From an uncultured Prevotella sp. (GTDB lineage Bacteria > Bacteroidota > Bacteroidia > Bacteroidales > Bacteroidaceae), in NCBI GenBank assembly GCA_946998295.1, contig CAMPYS010000001.1:35602-99601 (forward strand): DNA of 64,000 nucleotides, read 5' to 3'. The notes beneath the pieces are model-generated. The model made no database searches, was not told the origin of the DNA, and saw only the letters and a list, made by a program, of their open reading frames with translations. Positions 63,451-64,000 of this stretch are shown piece by piece; within the stretch, counting starts at the first letter, position 1; each line of letters begins with the position of its first letter. A program made the translations under genes and the position numbers.

Positions 63451-64000
63451 TCATTCAATAACAACAGTTACCCAATTATGTTTGTCTTCTATTGTTCCAT
63501 ATTGAATACCTCGAAGCATATCATATAATTTTCTTGACCATGCACCTGGTTCATTTCCAAAATTGTATGTCGTACCTGATTCAATATCGTCAAGGCGGGA
63601 TATTGGCGATATCACAGCAGCAGTTCCACAAGCTCCAGCTTCTTCAAAAGTAGATAATTCTTCTTCAGGTATAGGACGCACTTCAACCTTTAATCCAAGG
63701 TCTTTTGCTATTTGCATCAAACTTTTATTAGTAATAGATGGTAATATGGAAGTTGATTTAGGAGTAACATAAGTATTATTTTTTATACCAAAGAAGTTAG
63801 CTGCTCCACACTCATCTACATATTTTTTTTCTTTACAGTCCAAATAAAATTCTGATGCGTATCCTTTTTCGTGTGCTATTCTATTAGCTCTTAGTGATGC
63901 AGCATAGTTACCACCAACCTTAAATTTACCTGTTCCTAATGGTGCAGCTCTGTCAAAACTTCGTGTTATCATGTAGGGATTAGTAGAAAAACCACCTTTA
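63451..64000 (-). CDS. ilvE: branched-chain amino acid aminotransferase (class IV), 3' portion; the gene continues beyond the window
   Basis: …GTGKFKVGGNYAASL…EAGACGTAAVISPI… matches the BCAT C-terminal fold-type IV motifs. The reading frame is open to the window edge. Confidence 0.8.
   Translation of the reverse strand, partial: KGGFSTNPYMITRSFDRAAPLGTGKFKVGGNYAASLRANRIAHEKGYASEFYLDCKEKKYVDECGAANFFGIKNNTYVTPKSTSILPSITNKSLMQIAKDLGLKVEVRPIPEEELSTFEEAGACGTAAVISPISRLDDIESGTTYNFGNEPGAWSRKLYDMLRGIQYGTIEDKHNWVTVVIE

Overview
The window is a low-GC (roughly 30%) Bacteroidetes-type chromosomal region, densely coding and mostly housekeeping. Identifiable genes include rho, grpE, dnaJ, folC, folK, uvrB, glmS, a PurF-like amidotransferase, carA, carB, serB, pyrB, pyrI, prs, glyA, rfbC, bamD, an rpoZ-like gene and the 3' part of ilvE at the right edge. 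Two ORFs carry Porphyromonas-type T9SS C-terminal sorting domains. Many genes are preceded by the Bacteroidetes -7 promoter motif TAnnTTTG. No transposase, integrase, CRISPR array, tRNA or rRNA gene could be recognised. The most system-like feature is a tight 13-kb plus-strand operon at about 5.6-18.6 kb. It runs LRR/T9SS protein, TonB-dependent receptor-like protein, small lipoprotein, PepSY-TM protein, beta-barrel OMP, paralogous lipoprotein, ~940-aa M16 (PqqL/FusC-like) peptidase, pabB, pabC. It is best read as a Fus/YddB-PqqL-like protein-substrate iron or nutrient uptake module. The second notable feature is a ~125-bp conserved noncoding element present twice (about 34.9 kb and 63.1 kb). 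Each copy holds four 13-bp palindromes GTTTAA-N-TTAAAC and sits in an unusually long ORF-free intergenic region. Other points worth follow-up are an orphan strong terminator 400 nt from the nearest upstream gene, an HU-SPOR / zinc-ribbon-FHA gene pair, a His-rich COG0523 GTPase with a candidate metalloregulator operator, and orphaned capsule-locus genes (upxY, wza, rfbC). All coordinates derived by eye, such as motifs and hairpins, may be off by 1-2 nt.
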